Origin: Candidatus Saccharimonadia bacterium
Lineage (GTDB): Bacteria > Patescibacteriota > Saccharimonadia > UBA4664
DNA: 64,000 bases
NCBI GenBank assembly: GCA_041743505.1
Contig: JBGTMQ010000019.1
Span: forward strand, 70,147 to 134,146
Direction of reading: 5' to 3'
Position 1 is the stretch's first letter. Each line of letters opens with the position of its first letter. This document shows positions 8,291 to 17,048 of the stretch, in pieces. The notes below the pieces were generated by a model that had not been told where the DNA came from, did no database searches, and saw only the letters and a program-made list of their open reading frames with translations. Made by a program: the position numbers and the translations under genes.

Positions 8291-8321
8291 AAGAAGCGGG
8301 CCCGGGGCCCGCTTCTTTTTT
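8291..8321 (+). terminator. rho-independent terminator of the EPS-like operon
   Basis: aagaagcgggcccggggcccgcttctt perfect GC-rich palindrome followed by TTTTTT. Confidence 0.75.
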
Positions 8322-8335
8322 GTTATGCTTGCATT

Positions 8336-9451
8336 ATGCAAACAACGATTGCGCATAGCCTATTCGAAGAGTTTGTCACCATCAAAGACGGGCTGACCTG
8401 CTACAAGGCCGGGCTACCCGGCTATGCCAGTAATTTTAGCCGCGACACGCTGTTAGCCGGCATCATCGCGACCGATCAGCATTTGCTTGAGAACCAGCTG
8501 TTGATGAGTTACATGCACCAGGGTAAAGAATATGACGCGATAACCGGGGAGGAGCCCGGGAAAATCCATCACGAATACCCCGGCGTTGAGGTGCATGAAC
8601 CCTACCTCAGCACTTACAATGCCTGTGATACCACGGCCCTTTACCTTATCGGTCTGGAGATACTGGGGCACCTAAACAAGCCCGGGTCAATGAGTTTCCT
8701 GCAGCACCACCGGGAGGGTATTGAGAGCGGCGTGGCCTATATTGAGCGGCATATCCAGGACGACATTTTTTGGGAGTTTCCTCCCCCAGGCGCAAAGCAC
8801 TTTTCGCTCCTCACCACGTACTGGAAAGATTCCATGGTTCCTCGGGCAAGTGGCTCCGCAGAGCCTGACTACCCTGTCGCGTTTGGGCTGGTTCAGTTTC
8901 AGGTGGCCAGAGGTTTGCTCGCGGCTGCCACCATGCTGGAGCGTAACGATCTCAGGGCGCAAGCAGACCGGCTCTTTAGGCGAGGCATAGAAACGTTTAT
9001 GACGGATCAATACTATTGTATTGAGCAAGACAGAACCCGCCGTCTCAAACAAATCTCTTCAGACGAGTTACACGCCTTGGCCTATATCCCTCTAGAATAC
9101 GCCCGGCTCCTTCCCAAAAAAGCCATTAGTCGCCGCGCCACGGGGCTTATAACAAAACCCGGTATTGTTTGTGCACCAAGGGCAGTTGGTACCAAGCTAC
9201 CGGACCAGTACCACGGCTACACCGTGTGGATATTTGAACAGGCACTCATACATTACGGCTGTCAGAAATTTGGCCTCAGCGAAATCGCCGGGGCAGCAAG
9301 GCGCTGTGTCCCATATATTGAACATGGTCAGGAGCGGCTATTAGTCGAACCTGGCGTTAAGTTAGCTGGAAATGACCGCCAGCTCTGGTCGGTCGCGGCA
9401 AAAAAATATTTTTCAAACATGCCTTCCCTCCGCAATATGAGTTGGCTATAA
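8336..9451 (+). CDS. six-hairpin glycosidase-like protein (GDE_C/GH15/GH63 superfamily-like)
   Basis: 371 aa, cytoplasmic. N-terminal NFSRDTL...ATD and an overall (alpha/alpha)6-like pattern. Weak assignment. Confidence 0.3.
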   Translation: MQTTIAHSLFEEFVTIKDGLTCYKAGLPGYASNFSRDTLLAGIIATDQHLLENQLLMSYMHQGKEYDAITGEEPGKIHHEYPGVEVHEPYLSTYNACDTTALYLIGLEILGHLNKPGSMSFLQHHREGIESGVAYIERHIQDDIFWEFPPPGAKHFSLLTTYWKDSMVPRASGSAEPDYPVAFGLVQFQVARGLLAAATMLERNDLRAQADRLFRRGIETFMTDQYYCIEQDRTRRLKQISSDELHALAYIPLEYARLLPKKAISRRATGLITKPGIVCAPRAVGTKLPDQYHGYTVWIFEQALIHYGCQKFGLSEIAGAARRCVPYIEHGQERLLVEPGVKLAGNDRQLWSVAAKKYFSNMPSLRNMSWL

Positions 9452-9554
9452 AGAGTTCGTTATACCCCTCGCCTGAAATAAAAAGACGCCCGGCCCAGAC
9501 TACAAGTTGCCCGCTGCGGTATAGTTGATCCATGATCTCGACTAATCCTATAGC

Positions 9555-9995
9555 ATGATTAAAACTGAAGAGTTGATCTATCAAGACATCGAACATATCG
9601 TCACGCCGCCGTACATCCAGCTTGCTCATGTCTTCGTGACGTGGCAAAAAAAGGTCTTGCTCGTCCGTCGCAATATCGAACCTACCAAGGGCCTATGGAG
9701 TATTCCGGGCGGCCATGTTGAAAAGGACGAGACATACCTGGCGGCTGCCATAAGGGAATTACAGGAGGAAACCGGAATCGCTGCCTCGGACCTAAGGCCA
9801 ATGTTTATTTATTTGAATCACGAACATAACATTGAAGTCCATCTTTTTCACGCCACAAGTAAAGACGGTGCTCACTCAAACCTAGAGCCAATAGTACATG
9901 ACATGATCACTTGGAAAACAATCAGCGAAGCCAGGGAACTGCCCTTAACGCCTGGCTTTGGCTTATTCTTCGACGAGCTCAAGCCGCTCTTATAG
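9555..9995 (+). CDS. NUDIX hydrolase
   Basis: Nudix box GGHVEKDETYLAAAIRELQEETGI. Confidence 0.75.
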   Translation: MIKTEELIYQDIEHIVTPPYIQLAHVFVTWQKKVLLVRRNIEPTKGLWSIPGGHVEKDETYLAAAIRELQEETGIAASDLRPMFIYLNHEHNIEVHLFHATSKDGAHSNLEPIVHDMITWKTISEARELPLTPGFGLFFDELKPLL

Positions 9996-10063
9996 ACTTT
10001 TAGCCTTACTTCAGCCAAAATAGGCAAAGTACATCTCACGGAGGGTGAGAAAGGCTCGGGCGG

Positions 10064-11500
10064 GTGCGCCGGACCACAGCCATTAGTCTCATATTCGCCG
10101 CCTTGCTTGCAGGCATAGCGCTGGGTCGGTTCGGCTTCACCATCCCGGTCTGGATGGTAGCCGCGGCTACCATCGGCGCCCTCGTCATCTGCCGTACCCG
10201 CCTGTTCACCCTAGGCCTGATAATACTGGCGCTAACACTTGGACTATGGCGCACCGAAGTCTACCTGGCGCAACAGGGAATCATCACAGATCTAGTAGGT
10301 CAGAAAATCGTCGCGGAAGGCATCGTCGCCGATGATCCCAGCTTCGACCCGCGCGGCTTCATAGTGTTTAAGCTCGGCGAGCTCAAACTAAACGGCCAAG
10401 CCGTACCCGGCGACATCCAGATCAGGATGTACCAGACCAACATGCATCGTGGCTACCAGGTCCATGCCGAAGGCAAGCTACGGGCCGGCTTTGGCAATAC
10501 GCTGGCAGAATTAAGCTATCCCAAACTCCAAATCGTATCAATGCAACAGTCCTGGCTGGAGCAAATCCGTCAAAAGTTCTTCGTCGGCATGAAAACAGCT
10601 CTGGCCGAACCAATGGCCTCGTTCGGTCTGGGGCTTCTGGTCGGGATCCGCTCGCTCATCCCCAAGGACATGGCGGCACAGTTATCGCTGGTGGGCCTAA
10701 GCCACTTGGTTGCGGTATCCGGCTACAACCTCACCATTATCGTGACGGCGGCCCACCGGCTACTCGAGCGCTTCGGGCGGGGAATTGCCCTCATCAGCTC
10801 GCTGTGGCTTATCGGCGGGTTCCTGCTGGTAACGGGTGCCAGCGCCAGCATCGTCCGGGCCAGCTTTGTGTCGGTGCTGGCTCTTTTTGCCGCCTTCTAC
10901 GGCCGCCGGTTCGATGCCATGGCCATTATTCTCCTCACCGCCGGTCTCACAGCCATCTATAAACCGGCCTATCTGTCCGACCTGGGTTGGCTCCTGTCGT
11001 ATCTGGCTTTCTTTGGCATCATGATCCTGGCGCCGGCCCTACAGGCACGTCTGGGCAATCCCAAGAACATCCTGGTCAAACTATTTATCGAGTCCTCAGC
11101 CGCTCAAATCATGACTGTTCCGCTCATTTTGTTCTTTTTCGGCGAATTATCCATCGTGGCGCCATTCACGAACCTCATCATCCTGCCCATGGTGCCGCTC
11201 GCCATGCTGCTTGGTTTCGTAGCGGGGCTGGCCGGCATGATAGCCCCGGCCTTTGCCGGCTGGCTCGCCTGGCCGGCCGACCTGCTCCTGCGGTTTATGC
11301 TGGGTATCGTACAATACGCCGCCGACCTGCCCTGGGCCGGAACTACATTCAAAATTACCTTGGTTAGCATGCTCGTGATGTACGGCCTCATCATTGCTGC
11401 CATCGTCGTGATGAAGCGGATTAACCAGCGTTCGGGGGCCATAGAAGAGTATCGAAGCCCGCTGGTCGAGCCGGGCCTGTCTACTAAAATCCCGGGGTAG
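10064..11500 (+). CDS. comEC: ComEC/Rec2-family DNA internalisation channel (no C-terminal metallo-beta-lactamase domain)
   Basis: polytopic membrane protein with the LVGLSHLVAVSGYNLTII competence-domain signature. Only 478 aa. Confidence 0.7.
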   Translation: MRRTTAISLIFAALLAGIALGRFGFTIPVWMVAAATIGALVICRTRLFTLGLIILALTLGLWRTEVYLAQQGIITDLVGQKIVAEGIVADDPSFDPRGFIVFKLGELKLNGQAVPGDIQIRMYQTNMHRGYQVHAEGKLRAGFGNTLAELSYPKLQIVSMQQSWLEQIRQKFFVGMKTALAEPMASFGLGLLVGIRSLIPKDMAAQLSLVGLSHLVAVSGYNLTIIVTAAHRLLERFGRGIALISSLWLIGGFLLVTGASASIVRASFVSVLALFAAFYGRRFDAMAIILLTAGLTAIYKPAYLSDLGWLLSYLAFFGIMILAPALQARLGNPKNILVKLFIESSAAQIMTVPLILFFFGELSIVAPFTNLIILPMVPLAMLLGFVAGLAGMIAPAFAGWLAWPADLLLRFMLGIVQYAADLPWAGTTFKITLVSMLVMYGLIIAAIVVMKRINQRSGAIEEYRSPLVEPGLSTKIPG

Positions 11501-11510
11501 CCTCTAGAGC

Positions 11511-11539
11511 TTGCCTAAAACAGATAATCGTGCTATAAT
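11511..11539 (+). promoter_or_regulatory. sigma70-type promoter (TTGCCT-N17-TATAAT)
   Basis: TTGCCT at 11511..11516, 17-nt spacer, TATAAT at 11534..11539. Confidence 0.4.
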
Positions 11540-11630
11540 AATATACAGAGCTATCGTCATTCCCCCGCACAGGATGGATCCAAGATGACAGTCTCGATCA
11601 TTTACTTGACCCCAGCCCAACAAGCCGGAC

Positions 11631-11978
11631 ATGTCGCACCCAGCTCCGACTGGGCACACTGCACAGCCTGCGGTGGGACAATCCGCTATCGGGCTGCTAG
11701 CCCGGCTAGCCGCACCTCGGCCAAGGCGGCCTGACATGGTCAGATTTCAGCCGGAAACCCAGCTTGAGATAGCGACCGCCATTGCAGTCATGCTGGATGC
11801 CGAACTAAACCGGAAACTGCCATGGTATGCCCGGTGTGCCAGAGAAGGTTGCGACAGCCTTCTCAAAATTACCGGCACGCGCGTGTTCATCGCTGGCAAT
11901 CCCCCAATCCGGTGCCCGGCCTGCCATGTGGTGGCTCCCTGGAGCGAATTCAGGCATCGGCCACACCATCCGTCTTAA
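11631..11978 (+). CDS. hypothetical zinc-ribbon protein (start uncertain)
   Basis: C-terminal CAREGCDSL...CPACHV zinc-ribbon-like motif. Alternative reading is a 49-aa ORF at 11584..11733 (RBS AGGA), then an 81-aa ORF from ATG 11736 in this same frame. Confidence 0.3.
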   Translation: MSHPAPTGHTAQPAVGQSAIGLLARLAAPRPRRPDMVRFQPETQLEIATAIAVMLDAELNRKLPWYARCAREGCDSLLKITGTRVFIAGNPPIRCPACHVVAPWSEFRHRPHHPS

Positions 11979-12062
11979 CTTATAAGGCCCGGGTACACGT
12001 TGTACCCGGGCCTTAAATCTTGCAGCTTCGAACCCGCCCGTAACCTGAGCTATAATTATCCC

Positions 12063-12542
12063 ATGCTGATAAGCTTTCGCGATCTTGAGCACTTCCGGGC
12101 CGCCTATCCTGGCCAAAGGATTGTTTTTGGTGGCGGAACGTTCGATCTACTCCATCGCGGCCACCTTGAATTTCTCCAGGGATTACGCCGCCGTGGCGAT
12201 ATCGTGGTTGTATCCGTAGCCAGCGATAAAAATGTGATACGGCGCAAAGGCCCCGCCCGTCCTATCATCAAACAAGCCGACCGCCTACGTTTAATTGAAG
12301 CCATGAAGTATGTCGATGCGGCTTTAATTTCCCCCACAAATTTTAAAAACAACCTCTCACCCTCAACCCAAATTATGCACGCGCTTCGCCCCGAAATTTT
12401 CGTTAGCAAAGATCCTAAATGGTTCAATTATGTAGCTAAAATCACCCAGTTTGGTGCTAAATTCGTCTATGACGACCAGCCCAAGCGGGAATCCACTACT
12501 CGCATTATCCGTCGGGTGGTCACTCGGCATGGCTTTTCATAG
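12063..12542 (+). CDS. cytidylyltransferase-like nucleotidyltransferase (RfaE domain II / TagD-like, HxGH)
   Basis: GGTFDLLHRGHLEFL...VSVASDKNVIRRKGPARPI matches the HxGH nucleotidyltransferase signature. Confidence 0.6.
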   Translation: MLISFRDLEHFRAAYPGQRIVFGGGTFDLLHRGHLEFLQGLRRRGDIVVVSVASDKNVIRRKGPARPIIKQADRLRLIEAMKYVDAALISPTNFKNNLSPSTQIMHALRPEIFVSKDPKWFNYVAKITQFGAKFVYDDQPKRESTTRIIRRVVTRHGFS

Positions 12543-12599
12543 CCACACTTAATTGGTATAATAAAGTCAATCTCCCAGCCTAATCCAAGGGGAACACGC

Positions 12600-13346
12600 A
12601 TGTCCGGTCACTCAAAATGGGCTTCCATCAAACACCAGAAGGGCGTTAAAGACGCCCGGCGCGGCGCGTCATTTACCAAGTTCGCCAACCTAATCTCCGT
12701 AGCCGCCCGTAGTGGCGCCGATCCGGCCACCAACTTCAAGCTGCGCCTGGCCGTTGATTCGGCCAAAAAAGCCAGCGTACCCAACGCCAACATCGAGCGG
12801 GCCATCAAACGCGGCGCCGGCCTCGACGGTGGCACCTCCTTCGAGGAGGTCATGTACGAAGGCTACGGCCCGGGCGGCGTTGCTATCCTTGCCGAAACCG
12901 CCACCGATAACCGCAACCGCACCGCCAGCGATGTCCGCAGCGCCTTCACCAAACACGGCGGCAGCCTCGGCACGACCGGCTCGGTCGCCTACCAGTTTGT
13001 CCAGCGCGGCCTCATCATCATCCCGGCCACCGACCTGGACACAGCCACCATGGACGCCATTGAGTCCGGCGCCGAAGACGTCGAGGAAGTCGATACCAGC
13101 CTCATCATCTACACCAAGCCGGCCGAGCTCGATGCCGTTCGCAAAACCCTGGCAGGCATTGGCTACGCCGCCGAAAAGGCCGAACTCAGCTTTGAACCCG
13201 GCACCACCATCCAAGTCACCGACGAAGCCACCGCCCGCAAACTCCTCCGCCTCATGGACGCCCTCGACGCCCTCGATGACGTCACCGCCACCTACGTCAA
13301 TTTCGACATTGATCCCAAATTGATGGAGCAGCTGGCCCTGCCTTAG
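12600..13346 (+). CDS. yebC: YebC/PmpR-family transcriptional regulator
   Basis: canonical N-terminus MSGHSKWASIKHQKG and matching full-length architecture. Confidence 0.9.
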   Translation: MSGHSKWASIKHQKGVKDARRGASFTKFANLISVAARSGADPATNFKLRLAVDSAKKASVPNANIERAIKRGAGLDGGTSFEEVMYEGYGPGGVAILAETATDNRNRTASDVRSAFTKHGGSLGTTGSVAYQFVQRGLIIIPATDLDTATMDAIESGAEDVEEVDTSLIIYTKPAELDAVRKTLAGIGYAAEKAELSFEPGTTIQVTDEATARKLLRLMDALDALDDVTATYVNFDIDPKLMEQLALP

Positions 13347-13387
13347 GTCCGGTGCTCTGTTAATGTTCTTATGCTAATATCAGGAAC

Positions 13388-13870
13388 ATGAGCAAGCCCG
13401 TAAGTAAATACCTCAAATACATTTTGGTCGCAGCAGTTCTAATTGGCCTGGTGATCATCATCTTTGCAGCCAGAAACATCACCGAAACGGTTGAGACAGT
13501 CGACCAGTCAAGCGCACCAAAGCCCGCCGCTATCGCAAATGACAGTCAGGTGCTGCGAAAAGGCGTTTTCAGTAACGCAGACGCAGTCCATAGCGGCAGC
13601 GGCACAGCCAGTGTCATCCAAACTAACCAAGGCCTGGTAATAAAATTCGAGAATTTTAAGGTGACTGCTGGGCCAGACTTGCTTGTCTACTTAACAAAAA
13701 ATAACTTCGAAAACACCAAGAGCCCCGGCGAATTCGTATCACTCGGCAAGCTCAAGAGCACCAGCGGCGAACAGGTGTATGCATTGCCCGACAATGCCTC
13801 GGAATATGCCTCAATCATCGTATGGTGCCGCGCTTTCAGTGTATCTTTCACCGGAGCCGTGCTGAGGTAA
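13388..13870 (+). CDS. DM13-domain protein with N-terminal membrane anchor
   Basis: N-terminal TM, then G.F...HSGSGTASV...LVIKFENFKVTAGPDLLVYL, matching the DM13 pattern. Confidence 0.5.
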   Translation: MSKPVSKYLKYILVAAVLIGLVIIIFAARNITETVETVDQSSAPKPAAIANDSQVLRKGVFSNADAVHSGSGTASVIQTNQGLVIKFENFKVTAGPDLLVYLTKNNFENTKSPGEFVSLGKLKSTSGEQVYALPDNASEYASIIVWCRAFSVSFTGAVLR

Positions 13871-13901
13871 GCAAGGCCTCAAAACGCTGTGATTACATGA
13901 A

Positions 13902-13936
13902 TACCAACCACTAAAACGCCCGGCTCAATTAGCTCG
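13902..13936. terminator. bidirectional terminator hairpin between convergent genes
   Basis: cgcccggct-caatt-agctcgggcg hairpin with an A-run on the plus strand (T-run on minus), between plus gene 13388..13870 and minus gene 13967..14593. Confidence 0.5.
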
Positions 13937-13966
13937 GGCGCTTTAGTCGTTACGTTAAATCAGAAA

Positions 13967-14593
13967 CTAAAAGTAGGTCAGGCGGGCATCCACGGTGCTG
14001 TCGTCAACCCGGAAATTGAGGTTTGGACCATGGTTCTGGACCTGAACCTTGATGGGGAAGGTGCAAGGTCCAGCCTGATGCTTCTTCGGGCACTTGAGGT
14101 AAGCTGTTCGCGAGAAAGCATTGCTCTCCCAGGCATTCGGATCGGTTTGGCTGTTAGCCCAGGCAAACGAGTCTGGCTCCGGGGCGGTTGGCTGGCCTTC
14201 AGCACCATCAATCAGCACCCGGCCCTGGCACCATTGGTTGTTGGTCGCATCCCCCGTGGTACAGGTGACTTCAGCGTCAGTCTTAACGACCACTAGAGCG
14301 CTCTTACCACGCGGTACAGTCACGCTAAAGGTGCCGCAATCCAAGTCAACCCAACTCGTGCTGGTGTAGAAGCCGGGCGTATTATTGGTGTAAACCCGGT
14401 TTTGGGTAGCGCTGTTCGTAGCCGAGAACAAAGTACAATCAGGTGTAGCCAAGGCCGCGATAGCTTTGGCATCTGTCTGGCTGTCTTGCGCACTCAGGGC
14501 CAACGTATCGGCTAACACCGGAGAGGCGCCAAATATCAGCACACCAACCAGTGCGGCTGCAGCTGCAATTTTCTTAGACAATGTTAAGGACAT
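13967..14593 (-). CDS. secreted Cys-rich hypothetical protein
   Basis: signal peptide (LVGVLIFGASPVLA); 8 Cys in the mature part; RBS GGAGA before the ATG. Confidence 0.5.
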   Translation of the reverse strand: MSLTLSKKIAAAAALVGVLIFGASPVLADTLALSAQDSQTDAKAIAALATPDCTLFSATNSATQNRVYTNNTPGFYTSTSWVDLDCGTFSVTVPRGKSALVVVKTDAEVTCTTGDATNNQWCQGRVLIDGAEGQPTAPEPDSFAWANSQTDPNAWESNAFSRTAYLKCPKKHQAGPCTFPIKVQVQNHGPNLNFRVDDSTVDARLTYF

Positions 14594-14878
14594 GAATGGT
14601 CTCCGTTTAGTTATTTGGTCTACAAGGCAAATATCTGCCAGCCGTGAGCTCTACGACATGAGTCATCATGAGATCAAAGCATAAGCATTATTAGGCCAAA
14701 AATACTAAAATTCATCACCGGTTAGTAGCTTATTTTAACAATCCTGACAAAAAATTTATGCTCCGGCACTTAATTCCAGATGCCTCAGGTACAGGTAATA
14801 AAAAGCAGCATAAGCAATATTCAAGCAGCAAATTGCCAATAATATTACAAACTTGCCACCTTGGTTTTATTTATCCAG

Positions 14879-15682
14879 CTACGAAACAATAAAAATTGGC
14901 AGCCAATGCGGGTAATACGCATGAATCAGTGCCAAGTACAAAATGAAATCAAGCGTCAAATGGATCGTCACAATGTAGAGCAATGAACCGGTCCGTCGGA
15001 AAATATAGCCCTGGCTCAATGCAAACAAGAAGATTGCGGCCGGTCCCCAGCCGCGGAATCCAAGCTCATACAAAAACGAGGTGAACAGAACGGCCTGGGC
15101 CAAGTTAGCCCAAACAAATGGTAAATAACGGCGAAACACAGCTAGCACGGTGCAGATAAAGAACAGCTCATCCCAGAGCCCGAGCCCGTTGGTGCCAATA
15201 AATAACCTGATGAGGCCGTCAGTCGTCGGTTCGACCGACCAGTTCTGATATGAACCCGTGTCCGCCAGGTAAAAGGGCAGGAGCAAGTAGGCAATTGCGG
15301 CTGTCACAAAAATGTAGATGAACTCACTGCGATGCCACCGGCGCTTGTTATGAATCGGAAATTGAATCAAATCTTCCCGCATCAAGTACTTGGATACCGC
15401 ATACGGTATAGCCACGGCCAGGGTCAGCGTCAAGGCCATTTGAAGCATATGGGCGTTGCTAACGTCGGTATTAATCGGCGTTATACCCAACAGCGCTAGC
15501 GAGCCCAACACCAGTGGCAAATGCCGGCGAATCGGGTGCGATGAGGCCAGCGTCAACACCAGGGTCAGCGCCCACAGCGACCAACCAGGCACCTGCCACT
15601 GCAGTCCGATCAGCACCACACCGCTGAGGCAAGTCAAGGCAATAAGTAAGGGTGGGGCTAAGATAGACCTAATCTGCTGCAT
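14879..15682 (-). CDS. polytopic membrane protein (possible CPBP/Abi-type intramembrane protease)
   Basis: 7-8 TM segments; loose DELFF...FRR / HxxxD pattern; weak. Confidence 0.4.
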   Translation of the reverse strand: MQQIRSILAPPLLIALTCLSGVVLIGLQWQVPGWSLWALTLVLTLASSHPIRRHLPLVLGSLALLGITPINTDVSNAHMLQMALTLTLAVAIPYAVSKYLMREDLIQFPIHNKRRWHRSEFIYIFVTAAIAYLLLPFYLADTGSYQNWSVEPTTDGLIRLFIGTNGLGLWDELFFICTVLAVFRRYLPFVWANLAQAVLFTSFLYELGFRGWGPAAIFLFALSQGYIFRRTGSLLYIVTIHLTLDFILYLALIHAYYPHWLPIFIVS

Positions 15683-15751
15683 AGCTTTAATAATAGCAAA
15701 TTGGCATTAGCACTTTGAAATACTTACGCTTATATGATAGCCTGAGCTTAA

Positions 15752-16987
15752 ATGAGGGCTTGGTCTATGGTATCTTTACGCTGGTTCGCCAGCATTTTAG
15801 TGTTTGCGCTGTTAGGTTCACTCGTACCTTTGGTGCCGGCTTCGGCTCAGGTAACTGTATCTTCTTCGTCGGCCGTCCATCAAAAACGGGTCTGCAATCA
15901 ACCGGGCAAGAATGCGGCTAGTTGTTACATGCGCGTTCGCACCAATGCCCAAAACTATGCCACGGCCGGTGTCCTGCCGGCCGGCTATGGACCCGCCCAA
16001 CTGCACGCGGCCTATGGTACCCCCACAACCGCCGCCGATCCGCCAACCGTCGCGGTTGTTACAGCCTACGACCATCCTCGCATCAAGAGTGACCTCGACG
16101 TCTACAACGCTACCTTCGGCCTTCCGGCGTTTCCTTCCTGCACGAGCACGGTGACCACCGGTTGCTTCTTCAAGGTCAACCAGCGCGGAACTACAACCGG
16201 TTTTCCGCGAACCCACGCTGGCTGGGCGCTCGAGACGGCCCTTGATGTCGAGACGCTCCATCAGACCTGCCAAAACTGCAAGCTTATCCTGGTCGAGGCC
16301 ACCACCAGCAGCTACACCAATCTCATGACCGCCGTTGATACGGCCGTGCGCTTAGGTGCCACCATCGTGTCGGGCTCCTGGGGCTCGACAGAATTTGCCA
16401 GCCAGACCAAATACGACGCTCGCTTCAACAAGCCCGGCGTCGCCTTCGTCTTTGCTGCCGGCGACAGCGGCTACGGTGTTAGCTACCCGGCCTCATCGCC
16501 CTACGTCACGGCTGTTGGCGGCACCACGCTCCGCCTTAACGCCGACGGCACCCGGGCCAGCGAAACCGTCTGGGCCAACACCGGCAGCGGCTGCAGCCGG
16601 TATGAACCCAAGCCGGCTTGGCAAACCGATACCTTGTGCTCCAACCGCACCACCACTGACGTTGCCGCCCTCGGTGACCCAGCCACCGGCGCCGCCATTT
16701 ACTCCAGTGTACGTTATGGTGGTGTCAAAGGCTGGTTCAAGGTCGGCGGCACCAGCCTGGCCGCGCCGCTCATTGCCGGCATTTACGCTCTCAATGGCAA
16801 AGTACCCGCAGACGCGGTTGGTGGCTCACTGCCATACGCCCAGGGCAACGCCTCAAACCTGTACGACATCACCACCGGCTCCAATGGCAGCTACGCTTCC
16901 GCCTACCTCTGCACCGGCCTCCTGGGTTATGACGGCCCCACCGGCCTCGGCGTACCCTCCGGTATCACCGCCTTCGGCCGCCCATAA
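15752..16987 (+). CDS. secreted S53 (sedolisin/kumamolisin-like) serine-carboxyl peptidase with propeptide
   Basis: signal peptide; propeptide LPAGYGPAQLHAAYG; GWALETALDVE (Glu/Asp catalytic pair); GGTSLAAPLIAGIYAL serine motif. Confidence 0.7.
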   Translation: MRAWSMVSLRWFASILVFALLGSLVPLVPASAQVTVSSSSAVHQKRVCNQPGKNAASCYMRVRTNAQNYATAGVLPAGYGPAQLHAAYGTPTTAADPPTVAVVTAYDHPRIKSDLDVYNATFGLPAFPSCTSTVTTGCFFKVNQRGTTTGFPRTHAGWALETALDVETLHQTCQNCKLILVEATTSSYTNLMTAVDTAVRLGATIVSGSWGSTEFASQTKYDARFNKPGVAFVFAAGDSGYGVSYPASSPYVTAVGGTTLRLNADGTRASETVWANTGSGCSRYEPKPAWQTDTLCSNRTTTDVAALGDPATGAAIYSSVRYGGVKGWFKVGGTSLAAPLIAGIYALNGKVPADAVGGSLPYAQGNASNLYDITTGSNGSYASAYLCTGLLGYDGPTGLGVPSGITAFGRP

Positions 16988-17048
16988 TAAAAACAGCCCC
17001 GAACCGGTCCCGCGCTTATAGCGCTAGACCAGTTCGGGGCCAATGGGT

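Noticed and set aside
11631-11735. N-terminal 35 residues of the 115-aa ORF 11631..11978
   Set aside because: Overlaps, in another frame, a better-initiated 49-aa ORF. Kept as a caveat inside the feature rather than as a separate call
12690-13323. Long overlapping ORFs antisense or frame-shifted relative to yebC (12690..13214 minus, 12712..13323 plus), and similar ones inside pilB (43513..44815), rny (48956..49858) and ruvB (31120..31689, 31473..31877)
   Set aside because: Shadow ORFs expected in high-GC coding DNA. Low-complexity Ala/Pro/Arg/Gly-rich translations, no RBS, and each fully contained in a confidently identified gene
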